Origin: Octopus vulgaris
Lineage: Eukaryota
Direction: 5' to 3'
Assembly: GCA_951406725.2 (NCBI GenBank)
Contig: OX597819.1
Location: 129,084,001-129,148,000, forward strand
Length of the DNA stretch: 64,000 bases
The notes below the pieces were generated by a model that was not told where the DNA came from, searched no databases, and saw only the letters and a program-made list of their open reading frames with translations. Positions 11,850 through 25,139 of the stretch are shown here, one piece after another. Position 1 is the stretch's first letter. Each line of letters opens with the position of its first letter. The translations under genes were made by a program, and so were the position numbers.

Positions 11850-13480
11850 CAGAAACATCTAACGTTAACCTTGACCAACAGAATGTCATAAAAGAACTAG
11901 ACCCAGCGGAGAGCTACAAGTACCTAGGGGTAATTGAAGGGAACGGAATAAGGCATTCAGAGATGAAGGAAAGGATCAGGAGAGAATGCTATCGAAGAGT
12001 GAGAGCAATACTCAAGACAGAGCTGAATGCAAGAAACAGGATCGAAGCGATCAATGCATTAGCTATACCAGTCGTGACTTACAGTTTCAATATTGTTAAC
12101 TGGTCAATTACTGAAATATGTCAGCTCGACAGAAAAATAAGGAAACTGTTGACAATGCATAGAATGCACCACCCTAAGGCAGATACAGAACGACTCTATC
12201 TGCCAAGAAAAGAGGGAGGCCGTGGTCTTTTGCAACTGGCAATAACAATGAAGATTGCTACAACTGGCCTAGACACCTGCTTGAAAAACTCTGAGGACTG
12301 GATGTTAAAACTTGTCTCAAAACATGAAAACAAGAAAGCATCATACTCAGTCACAAAACAGGCAAAGGAATATCTAAGTGAATTCCGAATACAACCAATT
12401 TCGGAATTAGAGATAGATATACAAGAAACAAGCACAGAAAAAGCTAGGCGCATGAAAACCCGTGCCAAAACTGCGGCCTTAGATATTCTGAATAATAAAT
12501 GGCAAGAAAACCTCTCTATGGCAAATACCCAAAGAGAGCGAATAATGCAGATATCGACAAAGCCCTGACCCATCAATGGCTAATGGCCTCTGGCTTAAAA
12601 TCTGAAACAGAGGGGTTTATCATAGCAGCTCAAGATCAATGCCTACCAACAAGAAACTACCAGGCCAACATATTAAAGATCAGAAGCAGTCCAACGTATC
12701 GTGTATGCAAGCAACAAAATGAAACCATTGACCATGTGGTCTCCAAGTGCAGTCTTCTAGCGCCTACAGAGTATCTCAACAGGCACGATAGAGATGCACA
12801 ATATATTCACTGGGTAATCTGTAAAAACCTGGATTTGCCCCATGAAAAAAACTGGTGGGAACACAAACCACCCCCAGTGCTTGAAAATGACCACATCTCA
12901 CTCCTCTGGAACTTCACCATTCAAACTGACAGGAAGATAGATGCAAATAGGCCAGACATCATATTGAAAGACTTCAAACAAAGAACATGCCTCCTCATTG
13001 ATATGACTGTCCCAATCGATATAAACGTATCTGTCAAGACCTACCAAAAACTGAGCAAATATAAAGATCTTGAAATAGAAAACAGCAAAATGTGGAAGCT
13101 GAAGACTAAAACAATACCTGTTGTCATAGGTGCCCTGGGAATGATAGCAAAAGGGGCTGATAGCTACCTAACTCAGATACCAGGAAACCCAAAAATGGCA
13201 GAAGTTCAAAAGATAGTGCTCATGGGAACTGCTCATATCCTACGCAAAATACTCTCTATGTAATCTCAAGGTTTAAAACAAACATAATTTTCGGTTTAAA
13301 AAAAAAAAAAAAAAAAAACTTTTTTTTTTTAGACATTCATTAGTACAACATCCCCACCCCCCAAATATATGGCACACTAGGCATAACAACAACATGAACT
13401 TCCAACCCTGTTGTCTCTTGAGGTCTCTGGGTGAGACTTGGAGCCAACTTGTACAAATATAAAGCAAAAGTCAAACATAG
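11848..13480 (+). mobile_element. R4/Dong-like element, 5'-truncated (subfamily 2), one frameshift near 12510
   Basis: YKYLG RT motif through the RLE domain; near-identical to the preceding copy but longer at the 5' end. Confidence 0.9.
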
Positions 13481-13500
13481 AATAATAATAATAATAATAA

Positions 13501-14253
13501 CAGAGGGATTTTTAATTGCAGCACAAGACCAAAGCCTCCCCACCAGAAATTACCAAAAACATGTAATGAAAAGAAATATTACAAGTAACTGCAGAATATG
13601 TGGAGATGGACAAGAAACAATAAATCATATTATCTCTAGCTGCCCAGTCTTGGCTAAGACGGAATATATTCACAGACATGACAGAGTTGGAACCTACATA
13701 CATTGGAAGCTATGCCAACATTATGGAATAACAACAGAAAAAAGATGGTATAGGCACACACCAGAAAAGGTCACAGAAAACGAGAAAGCAACCATACTCT
13801 GGGATATACCGATACACACAGATAGAGAAATTAAGGCCAACAGACCAGATATAGTTGTCAGAGATCATGAAGAAAAAAATTGCTTTCTAATTGATGTATC
13901 AATACCGGCAGATGACAATGTGTCTCTAAAAGAAATGGAGAAACTCTCAAAATACAAAGACCTGGAAATAGAGGTAACTAGAATGTGGAACCTGAAAACA
14001 GAAACAATTCCTATCATAGTAGGTGCATTAGGCATGATAAAAAAATATTCAGATAAATACATAACAAAAACACCAGGACTTACAAACACATATAACATAC
14101 AGAAAATTGCACTACTAGGCACTGCACACATCCTACGCAGAACACTTTCCATACAATAACCATCAGAGCATCACAACAAATCACAGCACATACCCAAGGC
14201 ACACAGAGCTGCGCTCGGTAGTGAAGTGAAAGCACGCTATAAAAATAAAACTA

Positions 14254-14256
<3 letters not shown>
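13501..14256 (+). mobile_element. R4/Dong-like element, 5'-truncated (subfamily 3)
   Basis: CRICGDGQETINHIISSC, RHD, RPDIVV, KLSKYKDL; its own 3' UTR; (TAA)n flanks. Confidence 0.9.
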
Positions 14257-14324
<68 letters not shown>

Positions 14325-15089
14325 GCTCAGGGCTAAAAGCGGAGAGTGAAGGTTTCATATTAGCTTCTCAAGACCAATGCTTATTAACCCTGAACTACCA
14401 AGCCAATGTGATAAACAATGGAGCTGACCCAAAATGCCGATTCTGTAACGATGCGATTGAACCAATAGACCACCTAATCTCAGGATGTAGAGTCTTAGCA
14501 CCTACAGAATATAAAGCAAGACATGACAGAGTCGGCCAGTATTTACATTGGACAATATGTCGGTATTATAGAATCAAAACCGCTGACAAATGGTATAAAC
14601 ATCATCCTGAAGCTGTGACTGAGGGAGAAAATGTGTCGATTCTATGGGACTTCCCTGTGCAGACTGACAAAACTATAAAAGCTAATAAACCGGATATTAT
14701 CATAAAACATCAGACAAAAAAGATGTGTTTATTAATTGACATGAGTATCCCTTGCGATCACAATATAGCGGCAAAAGAATTTGACAAGATCAGTAAATAT
14801 AATGACTTGCTAATAGAAATTGAAAAAAATGTGGCATCTCAAGGCGACTACAGTACCAGTGATTGTAGGATCTCTAGGAATGATAAAAAAAAAAAGGTGC
14901 TGAAACCTATTTGAAAATGATACCAGGCTTACCATTCCTACAGGAAGTGCAACAAATCGTGTTAACTGGACCGGTTCATGTACTGAAAAGAGCATTATCG
15001 CTGTGAAAACAACATCCATCCATGAATTTATTTATTTATTGATTTTTTAAATACATATTTTACCCGTGAATTTGCTTGCCTCAGCAAGA
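14325..15089 (+). mobile_element. R4/Dong-like element, 5'-truncated (subfamily 4), frameshifted
   Basis: CRFCNDAIEPIDHLISGC, RHD, KPDIII, KISKY. Confidence 0.85.
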
Positions 15090-16430
15090 CTGTAGTCAAA
15101 TGACTGAAACAAGTAGAAGATAGAAGATAAAAGATAAATAATACATGAGGTCTTTAACACTTCAAAAAGTCCTGTACTTATCATTCTGACAACCAAATGA
15201 CATTAGCAAAGCATTTGAAACCATTCATTACTATCTATCCATTTGCAATAAAAATGCAAAACTAGCTCTTAAAAACAACACACTGCCTAAAGAACGATCT
15301 TTCAGGTCGTCAAGCGAATGTAATACTCAATAATAAGATATCTAAAATCTGCAATTTGCTGATTGTGTGCGACAATTATCTCTTCTCGCTTTTTAACCTA
15401 TATCTCAAATGGCTTCCTCTCTTCTCTAAAAACACATACGCGCAAAATCGTACATAGATGGCAGCACAGTTAATTCCACTTACGTTCTTACTATAATTCG
15501 ACATGAACCGCCTAGAGACTTAAACTTCAAACAAATAGGCCGAAAGACGTACCTTCCAAATCTGACCTCCCCTTCTTATCAAATTAACAAACGACCACAC
15601 ACAAGACAAAATTACTGAAAATTGCAATTCAACATTCACAAAATACACAAAACATACACACAAATACACTTAAAGCACTCATATGATTGGTGTCCAGTCT
15701 ACATATTAAATCTATAATGAATAGCACCAGCCTTGTCAGGAACCCACATTTCTCTGCACAATAGACTAGAAAAAATACAGACCAGTGCAATTCTCATTAC
15801 CACAGGTTCTACACAATACAGACAAATAAAAATAGCCAAAATGAAAGCTCATCTGGGCATGCAAAGAATAAGCTCCAAAACCCAGTCCCTGCTACTCTAT
15901 GTTTAATCACTTCAAACACCCAGACATATTTGCAACAATACCTTCGGAAGAACATTTGGCTTTCTAATCCAGACTATCAGAAAGACCATATTCACATCAA
16001 AACAACAACTGCCTCAATGAGGTCACTTAATTTTGGCACTACTAGCAATAAATGCAGAGTAAAAATTATCATGTTCCGACTGTTCCTCCCTTCATGGACA
16101 GAATCTACAGTTATACCCCGAAACACATGAGGGGAGGGGTACTTTTACAAAGTTTATCTACCTGCCAGGAGTAGCACCAGATCTGTCTCAAATAACATCC
16201 TAACAACTTAAAAAGGGAAGAATGCGTTAGATAATGCACTTATGGATATCTTTCACAGTATGGATGGCCACAGCAGGAACGCTTTTGATAATAACTTGTT
16301 GGGTCAGAATAATATCAACCGGTATAAAAAGTAGAAAAATTCACAATGAAGAGGGTATATTGAATATACCCAGATACCATTGCACGCTTGTGTGCGCAGT
16401 GCGGTCCTCAACCTGAACACAATGTACCAT

Positions 16431-16664
16431 AAGGCGGGGTAGCTGGCAGAAACGTTAGCACGCCGGGCGAAATGCGTAGCCGTATTTCGTCTGGCATTAC
16501 GTTCTGAGTTCAAATTCCGCTGAGGTCGACTTTACCTTTCATCCTTTCGGGGTTGATAAATTAAGTACCAGTTACTCACTGGGGTCGATGTAATCAACTT
16601 AATCCGTTTGTCTGTCCTTGTTTGTCCCCTCTGTGTTTAGCCCCTTGTGGGTAGTAAAGAAATA
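16431..16664 (+). mobile_element. SINE family A, full length
   Basis: A-box TGGCAGAAACGTT, B-box GAGTTCAAATTC, family tail gtagtaaagaaata. Confidence 0.9.
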
Positions 16665-17065
16665 ACTATGTACCATAGTTTCAAAGATACTTTCTTTAAG
16701 CAATCATGTGGTGGAAGTGCTCAGGCAGTAAAGTAACTTCCATAGACATTTTGGTCGTTTTTACAGTGACACGTGGCATCTAATAATGTAAGCAACAAAA
16801 CTCCTTCACAACAGCGCAAAATACGATGAATCAGAGATGTTGTGACTCTCAGTTAAAGAGCTTTAACAATGTTTCATCATATTAAATGAACAGAAGCTCC
16901 CCACTGTGTTACATAGTTCATTCATCTTTTGTCTTGAACCAGAAGTTGTGTGACTCGCTTTTCTCAGCAACTTCTGAAAGATACGATGGTTGGGATTACA
17001 CAACGGCGAGGAATAAAACGAAATGGATAAAACATTAAAACAATACTTCCCTCCTCTTCTTCTCG

Positions 17066-17480
17066 CATGGTTCTTGGTCTCAAGCATTTGTCTTATGAAG
17101 AAAGGCTGAAGACGCTCGACCTTTATTCTCTAGAAAAACGCCGCTGCCGTGGTGATCTCATTCTTGCTCACAACATCATAAGCGAAAAGTGTAACCTCTC
17201 GAAAGAGCTGTTCTTCACTCCTGCTCCAGAGCGTAGGCTGCGGGGTCACTCTGAAAAGCTTTATCTGCGACGATTTCATCTCAATCGAAGGAGAGGGGCT
17301 TTCTCCGTCTGGGTTGCGGATCCGTGGAATAAGCTGCCGGACGAGATAGTGAAGATGCCGACGACCGGTCGGTTCAAAGTCTCCCTTGATCACAAGTGGC
17401 CTGAACTCTTTACATGAACACCACCCTGTACATAACTCCATGTCCCACTACATGGCCTTGTTTATTGCTTTTTGAGCCAA
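17066..17480 (+). mobile_element. CR1-group LINE 3' fragment
   Basis: LSYEERLKTLDLYSLEKRRCRGDLI..LRGHSEKL..WNKLP. Confidence 0.85.
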
Positions 17481-18774
17481 CTTCCTGCCTGATTACGTCG
17501 AGAAGGTAAGTTCACTGCGGTAGTCCACAGTGGAATTAACCCTGAGAGAGAAATAATAAGGGCATACATCGTCAAGGTGTGAAGACGTTTTCCAAGTTAA
17601 CGGAAGCCTCTGTTGAGGAAACCAAGTTATACAGTTATATAGACTCTCTCTACAATCCTTGTTCATTACCTGAGTTACATTCTTTCAGATTTATCCGATT
17701 TAACCTGCAAGCTTGCAACTTAGGGTGGGGATTATTAAAACAACTAAGGATTAAGTGTTTAAGTTAAACTGGATGCCGGATTAAATGTACCATCCAAGAA
17801 CAGATCGTCCACTCTACGCGATTCCATACAGTTTCGCTCACAAGATTTGGGTCAATCCAAGGTTATGGCAGAAGACACAGCCATATGAGAAATAAACTTC
17901 TTAAGCACATAACCAGTATTTAATTAGAGTTTCTCTAGAGGATGGATTTATATTTCACTGTGATTGTAGACCATGGTGCTAATTGCAACAGCAGCAAAAA
18001 TCAACAACATTATTTGGCAGCCAACGTAGGAAACTCTGCATGGAGGTATAACCTGTTACAAACAGCAACCTAATATCCCTTGAATCGCCCTCTGCCGTCT
18101 TGAATAAAGCCATGAAACATTAAATAATGTACTCAGAGGAACCTCTAAAGTGATGAGATGGTCAAAGCAAGAATATCTTAATCAGAGTTAGCATAGATCA
18201 AAACAGCAAAACTATGGCCTTCCGCAGACTAGTCCTGTTCACTCACCATCTCCACCACTAAACAACTACCAATACTTCCGGTACCTTAACTTCTATGTTC
18301 ACCACAAGCCACACCACACGTCAACAAAATGGGTCTCTAAGTGTCACTCGATCTACTAGAAAAAGCAGCCAAATGTACCTCAAAGCACACACTTGCAATC
18401 TTTGAAAAAAATAGATGAAGAAATACATTAGTATGATGCTGATCTTAATACACTATGTTGAATTAAGACGAGATGGTCGTGAGTGGAACTTCTTTGATTA
18501 TGGGATTGGTCATCAAATGTGATCAGGAGCTGGGACAGCAACAATAACAGAAACACCATTTTTTACTACAGGGCTGATGGAAAATGAGCAACAAATGTAT
18601 CGGCGAGAAGTGGTAGTGGTGGTGGTGATAGTGCTAGTGGTGGAGTTAGAAGTGGTGATGGTGCTGGTAATGATGTTGATCTGTAGTGGCGAGAGCGGCG
18701 TTGGCATCAGAGATAAAGATAGCGTTATAGCTCTGGTAAACGCGTTGCTGGTGTTGCTAATTTGTGTAACAGTA

Positions 18775-18931
18775 ATGGTGGTGGTGGTGGTGGTGGTGGT
18801 GGTGGTGGTGGTGGTGGTGGTGGTGGTGGTGGTGGTGGTGGTGGTGGTGGTGGCGAATGTTTGTGTAAGGGGTTGGTCGTCTTTCCTGGAAGAGAAGAGA
18901 ATTAGGGTGTGGCTGAAATAGTAGAAGATGG

Positions 18932-18977
<46 letters not shown>

Positions 18978-19076
18978 CACATACACATATATATATATAT
19001 ATATAAATGCATAAGATTGTATGCATATACGAATATGCATATAAATATATGTACATACATATGTATATATATGTAT

Positions 19077-19112
<36 letters not shown>

Positions 19113-19245
19113 GTATATATATAGTATATATATATGATTGTGTGTATCTATGCACGTACATACATACGTATGTATGCATGTATGCATGTATGTATGTATG
19201 TATGTATGTATGTATGTATGTATGTATGTATGTATGTATGTGTAT
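18775..19245. repeat. (GGT)n, (GT)n, (TA)n and (TATG)n microsatellites
   Basis: Directly visible. Confidence 0.95.
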
Positions 19246-19595
19246 ATTCGTCCGTGGTTGCGTGTGGGGGGCGGAGAGACAGAGACGGCGGGGGAAGGGG
19301 TAAACAGAACGGAAGAAATGATGAAAACATGAGAAGGTGAATATTATTATTAATAGTATTGGAGAAGGAAAGAAAAAACAGGTGAATCAGATAACGATAC
19401 AGGAAGAAGAAGAGAAAAAGAGGGAAGGTGCGGTTTGGTGAAGAGGATAAAGGCGGAAAAGGTAAGACAGTGGGAAAATGGAGGATAGTACTGAGGTACT
19501 GGAGGTACTAAATAAGTATGTACTAAGTATATACTGAGGTACTTGAGGTACCAAGTAGGTATATACTTAGTACTTTTATATTTTCTCAGGATATA

Positions 19596-20520
19596 TTCTT
19601 TTATTCTTTTACTTGCTTCAGCCATTTTGACTGTGGCCATGCCGGAGCACCGCCTTTTGGTCGAAGAAATCGACACCGGGACTTATTCTTTGTAACTCTG
19701 GTACTCATCCTATCGGCCTCTTTTGTCGAACTGATAAGTTACGGGGATGTAAACAAACCAAGATCGGTGGCGGGACATACACGCAAATATATACATATGT
19801 AACACACGACAGGCTTCTTTCAGTTTCCGTCTATCAAATCCACTCACAAGGATTTGGTCGGCCCGAGGCTAGAGCAGAAGACACTTGCACAAGGTGCCAC
19901 GGAGTGGAGCTAAACCCGGAAGCTTCCTACCACACAGCCACGCCCCTGCTTATATATCTTTCTTTCTTTTATCCTTCTCTTTTTGCTTGTTTCAGTTATA
20001 TAACAGTGACCATGCTGGGGCACCTTACTGGCACCTGTGCTGGTGGCATGTGTAAAAAGATTCGAGCAAGGTCGTTGCCTTTACCGCCTGACTGGCCCCG
20101 TGCCGGTGGCATGTAAAAAGCACCCACTACACTCTCGGATTGGTTGGTGTTAGGTAGGGCATCCAGCTATAGAAACTCTGCCAAATCAAGGGGTTTTAGT
20201 CGAAGAAATGGACCCAGGATTAATTTTTTTCTAAAAGCCTGGTACTTATTCTATCAGTCTCTTTTGCCGAACCGCTAACTTTCAGGGACGTAAACACACC
20301 AACGCCGGTTGTCAACCGGTGGAGGGGACAAAAACACACACAACTATACATATATATACAATAGGCTTCTTTCAATTTCTGTCTTCCAAATCCACTCACA
20401 ATGCTTTGATCGGCCCGAAGCTATAGCAGAAAACCCTCGCCAAAGGTGCCATGCAGTGTAACTGAACTCAGAACTATATGAGTGGAAAGCAATCTTCTTA
20501 CATCACAGTACCTGCACCTG
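19596..20520 (-). mobile_element. Two adjacent degenerate SINE family B copies; the second carries a fragment (20021-20190, +) of the element at 21228
   Basis: Similarity to other family B copies and to 21387-21555. Confidence 0.75.
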
Positions 20521-20530
20521 TGTGTGTGTG

Positions 20531-20575
<45 letters not shown>

Positions 20576-21227
20576 GTAGGTTAATGAAAGGGCAAGTGGG
20601 AAAAAGAGAGATGGTTTCTCTACAACTACCATGGATAATTTTTGTTCATTAAAGTTTTCCACCTCCCTAAATTTCATTCGTGAGACTGGCTCCACAGTAT
20701 TTAACCTGCATATCGCGTCCCTGAGATATTTTACCTTTCACTTTTTTTAGTTGTATGTATATATGCATGCATGTATAGATGTATGTATACATATATGCAT
20801 GTATGAACGTATATGTGTATGCATATACGTATGAATGATTTGATGGTATACCGTAGATTAATAACTTTCTTTTTTAAAATAATGAAACCAGCCTGTGAGG
20901 CGCGAGCTTAAACCTCAAGGTGTACTTGGGTCTTGAGTTGTGAGCGTTTATCTTCACATATAACAGTTGCTATGGTATATCTTTAACCATTCTCAGACGG
21001 TGCCCCACCTGTCTTAACCTTCAGTGTTTTCCAACACTTCTTCATGAAGCACTTGGCTATGAATGACAACTCGAACATCTGTAGTTAACGAAGCGTAACG
21101 AAGCACAAATGCATGCATTCTACGGTCAGATGACGTTGTTCATAGACCAATGATGTGTTTTCACACATTTTATCTATAAAGGAAATTGTTTTTTCTTCGA
21201 TACTATTCTGCAGAATATGTCTTTCCA

Positions 21228-21658
21228 TGTCCGTTACCAGCGTCTCGCCTTACTGGCACTTGTACCCGTGCTAGTAGGGTGCCAAGAGTACCATCCGAGC
21301 GTGATCGTTGCCAGAGCAGCCAACTGGCTTCCGTGCCGGTGGTACGTAAAAGGGCACCATTCGAGCGTGTTCGTTACCAACGTCGCCTTACTGGCACCTG
21401 TGCTGGTGGAATGTATAAAAAGATTCGAGCGAGGTCGTTGCCAGTACCACCTGACTGGCCCCCGTGCCGGTGGCACGTAAAAAGCACCCACTACACTCTC
21501 GGAGTGGTTGGCATTAGGAAGGGCATTCAGCTGTAGAAACTCTACCAAATCAAGATTGGAGCCCGGTGCAGCCATCTGGTTCGCCAGCCCTCAGTCAAAA
21601 TCGTCCAACCCATGCTAGCATGGAAAGCTGACGTTAAACGATGATGATGATGATGATG
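21228..21658 (+). mobile_element. Non-autonomous RTE-related retroposon with internal ~65-70 bp tandem units and a (GAT)n tail
   Basis: RTE-UTR-like ggttggcattaggaagggcattcagctgtagaaac; tail gacgttaaac(gat)n; repeated tcgagcg..gccag..ctggc..cgtgccggtggcacg units. Confidence 0.65.
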
Positions 21659-22655
21659 TCCAAGTGTACGCAAGCATGTTAAATATAATTGATCACATCT
21701 ATATTTCATTCAGCGCTGCTTAGTATTCCTCTAATTAATTAATTCTAACTTGACAAATCTTTGCTCCCGTCAACAAATTTTTCGTTTGCTGTTCTAATAT
21801 AAAAGCAATACGATAACGAGGCTGAAACGCATATGACCTGTGACCTGATTACGTCATTTATAGCCAGTGATGCTTTTTTCCTTTTTTTCAAATATTTTGT
21901 CTATAAGAAAATATTTTCTCTCTCATAAATTTCTACACCGTATATTTTTATATGTCCGAGTATACTGGGACATGTTGAATATGATTATACTCTCCTATAT
22001 TTCTTTCAACGCTGCTTAGAGCGTCTCTGACTAGGTTTAGGATCAGTTTCATTCGAGGATCAGAAGTTATTCATTGGTAGACCTGTCAGAAAGAGGAAGG
22101 TAACTAAGAGAAATCGATTCCACAATACGTTTGTTTTCCGCAAGTCGGACTTTTAAAACACCAGAAGAGCTACGTAGTAAGACAAAGTGTGGCGTTTAAT
22201 TATGATCATATACGGATAATTAATTGACAGAATCGTTAGAGCGATTAGTTGTGATATTTGTACTTTTAGGAAGTACAAAGGAAAATTTTTATAAATTCAA
22301 GATATATTTTTATCAAAGTGTGATTGAAATTTCTTCTATCGCCCACGTTTCAATTAAACATTTTATTCAGTGCAACATTCAATTTCTTGCGGAGCAGCGT
22401 ATTTAACGTCTGTTTATAATTCTAGACATATAAAAGTTTCCCAAATATTTGCAATGTTACTTTCTACAGTTACAAGTTTAATCCAGCGCCAACCGATTCC
22501 AGTATCTTTCCAGTATCGTTTCATATTTGTCGGGCGCTGCTAAAGAAATAGAAAACTACTGACTTTAATTTCCTTTCGTCAATTGGGCATAAACGCAGAA
22601 ATATATCCCTCCACCTCACGATTTTGCCTCTTCATAACTTTCGAGAAAATGGATA

Positions 22656-22950
22656 TCTTTATATATAAAAGTCAAGTTGTGTGTCTGTCTCCTACGATTT
22701 AGATTCCTAACTACTCCCACATTTTGCGGTGCAGTTTAACCAAAAGCTGGTATCTTATAGTTGTGATTCATATCGAGCCCTTCTGGGTATTAGCGCGCGT
22801 CTACGATGAGTCTACGATTTAAAAAAATTACCATCATTTTTTCCCATTTTTAATGCATTTTTTGCTATTAAATAAGGGAAGTAACTCTCTAAAATTGCTT
22901 ATATAGTTATTTCCCTTACAAACCCGAGCAACGCCGGGCGATACTGCTGG
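22656..22950 (+). mobile_element. Non-autonomous Helitron-like element
   Basis: A|TC 5' end, subterminal hairpin cccgagcaacgccggg, CTGG|T (CTRR) 3' end, no TSD. Confidence 0.8.
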
Positions 22951-23110
22951 TGTTTTAATAAAATTTTCATCAAATTCCTTTCAGATGGTGTAGATTATAA
23001 TTACAGCGGAACTTAATGCGCAAAAAAAAAAAGGAAAAAGAAATCATTGTAGAACGGGGAATACATTGCTTACACTAAATTATTGAACACGTTTCTTTCT
23101 GTATTTCTTA

Positions 23111-24675
23111 GGCGAGGCGCTGGCAGAATCGTTAGAACGCCGGCCAAACGGAAGTAAAAGTTTAACGGTATTTCGCATGTCCTTCTGTTCTGAGTTCGGA
23201 TTCTGTCGACTTTATTTTTCATCTTTCATGGTCCGATGAAATAAGTATCAGTCGAACACCAGAGTTGATATAATCTACTTTGTAGAAACTTTCATTGATA
23301 AATATCCATTTTCCAGAACGTTATGAGAAGCACATTTTTGAAGTAATGGCCTAAATTTACTGAATAGGGAATCAAAGGAAAGGTAGACATCGCATACCAG
23401 AAAATAATTACACAAATTTGGGAATTTAATGTGTAAATGATTTAGCAGCTAGCGGCGAGCTGGTAGGAAAAATGTTTAGCGGTATTTCTTCTGACATAAT
23501 TGCCGGTCTTGTGACAACATTTGTAAGAGTATTATATCACGATTGATCTTGATGACTTCACTCGTTACATGGATGTTGAACATTACTTAATATTTTCTTC
23601 ATCGTTAAAGCGGCGAGCTGGCAGAATCGTCAGAACGCCGGCCAAACGAAAGTAAAAGTTTAACGGTATTTCACATGTCCTTCTGTTCTGATTCTGTCGA
23701 CTTTATTTTTCGTCTTTCATGGTCCGATGAAATATTTATCAGTCGAACACCAGAGTTGATGTAATCTACTAATTCCTCCCCTAATATTTCAGGCCTAATA
23801 GTAGAAAATATTATTTTATCGTAATCTTAGTATTTCTCTTTTAAAAAAACTGAACAGTTATTCATTTTCTACATGGTAGTTTAGTATGCTAGAAATGGCA
23901 GGGACCACATTGGTCTCAAAAAGATTTTTTTTTCAACATAATAGTACTTGAATCCTTAAAACGATGTGGAAACAAAGTCGAGATACATAAAATATCTGCT
24001 CCACCCCATATTTTTCTACGTTAAATTCCTACGTAATCATAACCTAAACCATTTGAAAGTTATTTGTAGAAAAATCATTAAGATATATTCATTTTTTCTG
24101 AAAGACATGAGGAAACAAAATTGAGACGAATGAATTATAAGGAATTCTTATCCCCAAAAGTTTTTCACCACAAAGTTCGACATAATTGCAATCTACACCA
24201 TCTGAAACCTATTTGTAGAAACTTTCATTAATATCCATTTTCCAGAACGTTATGAGGAAGCAAATTCGAGAAGCACATTTTTAAAGTTATAACCTAAATT
24301 TACTGAATGAGTGAATACTATTAACCGAATAAGGGAATCAAAGGAAAGGTAGACATCGCATACCAGAAAATAATTACACAAATTGGAAATTTAATGTATA
24401 AATAATTTGGCAGCTAGTGGCAAGCTGGTAGGAAAAATGTTTAGTGGTATTTCTTCTGATATATAACGTTCTGCATTCAAATACTGACGAAGTCAACTTT
24501 GCCTTTCGTCTTTACGGAGTGGATAAAACTAGGGTGGATGTTATAAAGTCTCCCCTCCCCTCAAAATTGCCGGTCTTGTGACAAAATTTGTAAGAGTATT
24601 ATATCACGATTGATCTTGATGACTTCACTTGTTACATGGACGTTGAACATTACTTAATATTTTCTTCATCTTCAA
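23111..24675 (+). repeat. Local tandem duplication (23111-23610 vs 23611-24675) containing old SINE A copies
   Basis: 23111-23279 matches 23611-23770; 23280-23610 matches 24213-24675 with indels. Confidence 0.85.
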
Positions 24676-25110
24676 GGCGGCGAGCTGGCAGAGACGTTAG
24701 CACGCTGGGCGAAATGCTTAGTGGTATTTCGTCTGCAGCTACGTTCTGAGTTCAAATTCCGCCGGGGTCGACTTGGCCTTTCATCCTTTCAGGGTCGATA
24801 AATTAAGTACCAGTTACGCACTGGAGTCGATGTAATCGACTTAATCCGTTTGTCTGTCCTTGTTTGTCCCCTCTGTGTTTAGCCCCTTGTGGGCAATAAA
24901 GAAATAAGAATCGTTTGCATGTCGGACGAAATGCTTAACGGCATTTCGTCTGTCTTTATGCTCTGAGTTCAAAATCCTCTGAGATTAAACTTTGCCTTTC
25001 ATCCTTACGGGGCCGATAAAATAAGTACCAGTTGAGCACTGGGGTCAATTTCATTGGTTGAGCCCCTACCCTGAAATTGCTGGTCTTGTGCCAAAATTTG
25101 AATCTAATAT
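24674..25110 (+). mobile_element. SINE family A full copy followed by a headless variant
   Basis: Matches the other family A copies. Confidence 0.85.
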
Positions 25111-25139
25111 TTTATTTTCTTCATCATTATTTTTGTTCT

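Noticed and set aside
15200-16420. Possible very old LINE RT remnant (..RLEKIQTSAILITTG..)
   Set aside because: Too degenerate to assign or bound by eye.
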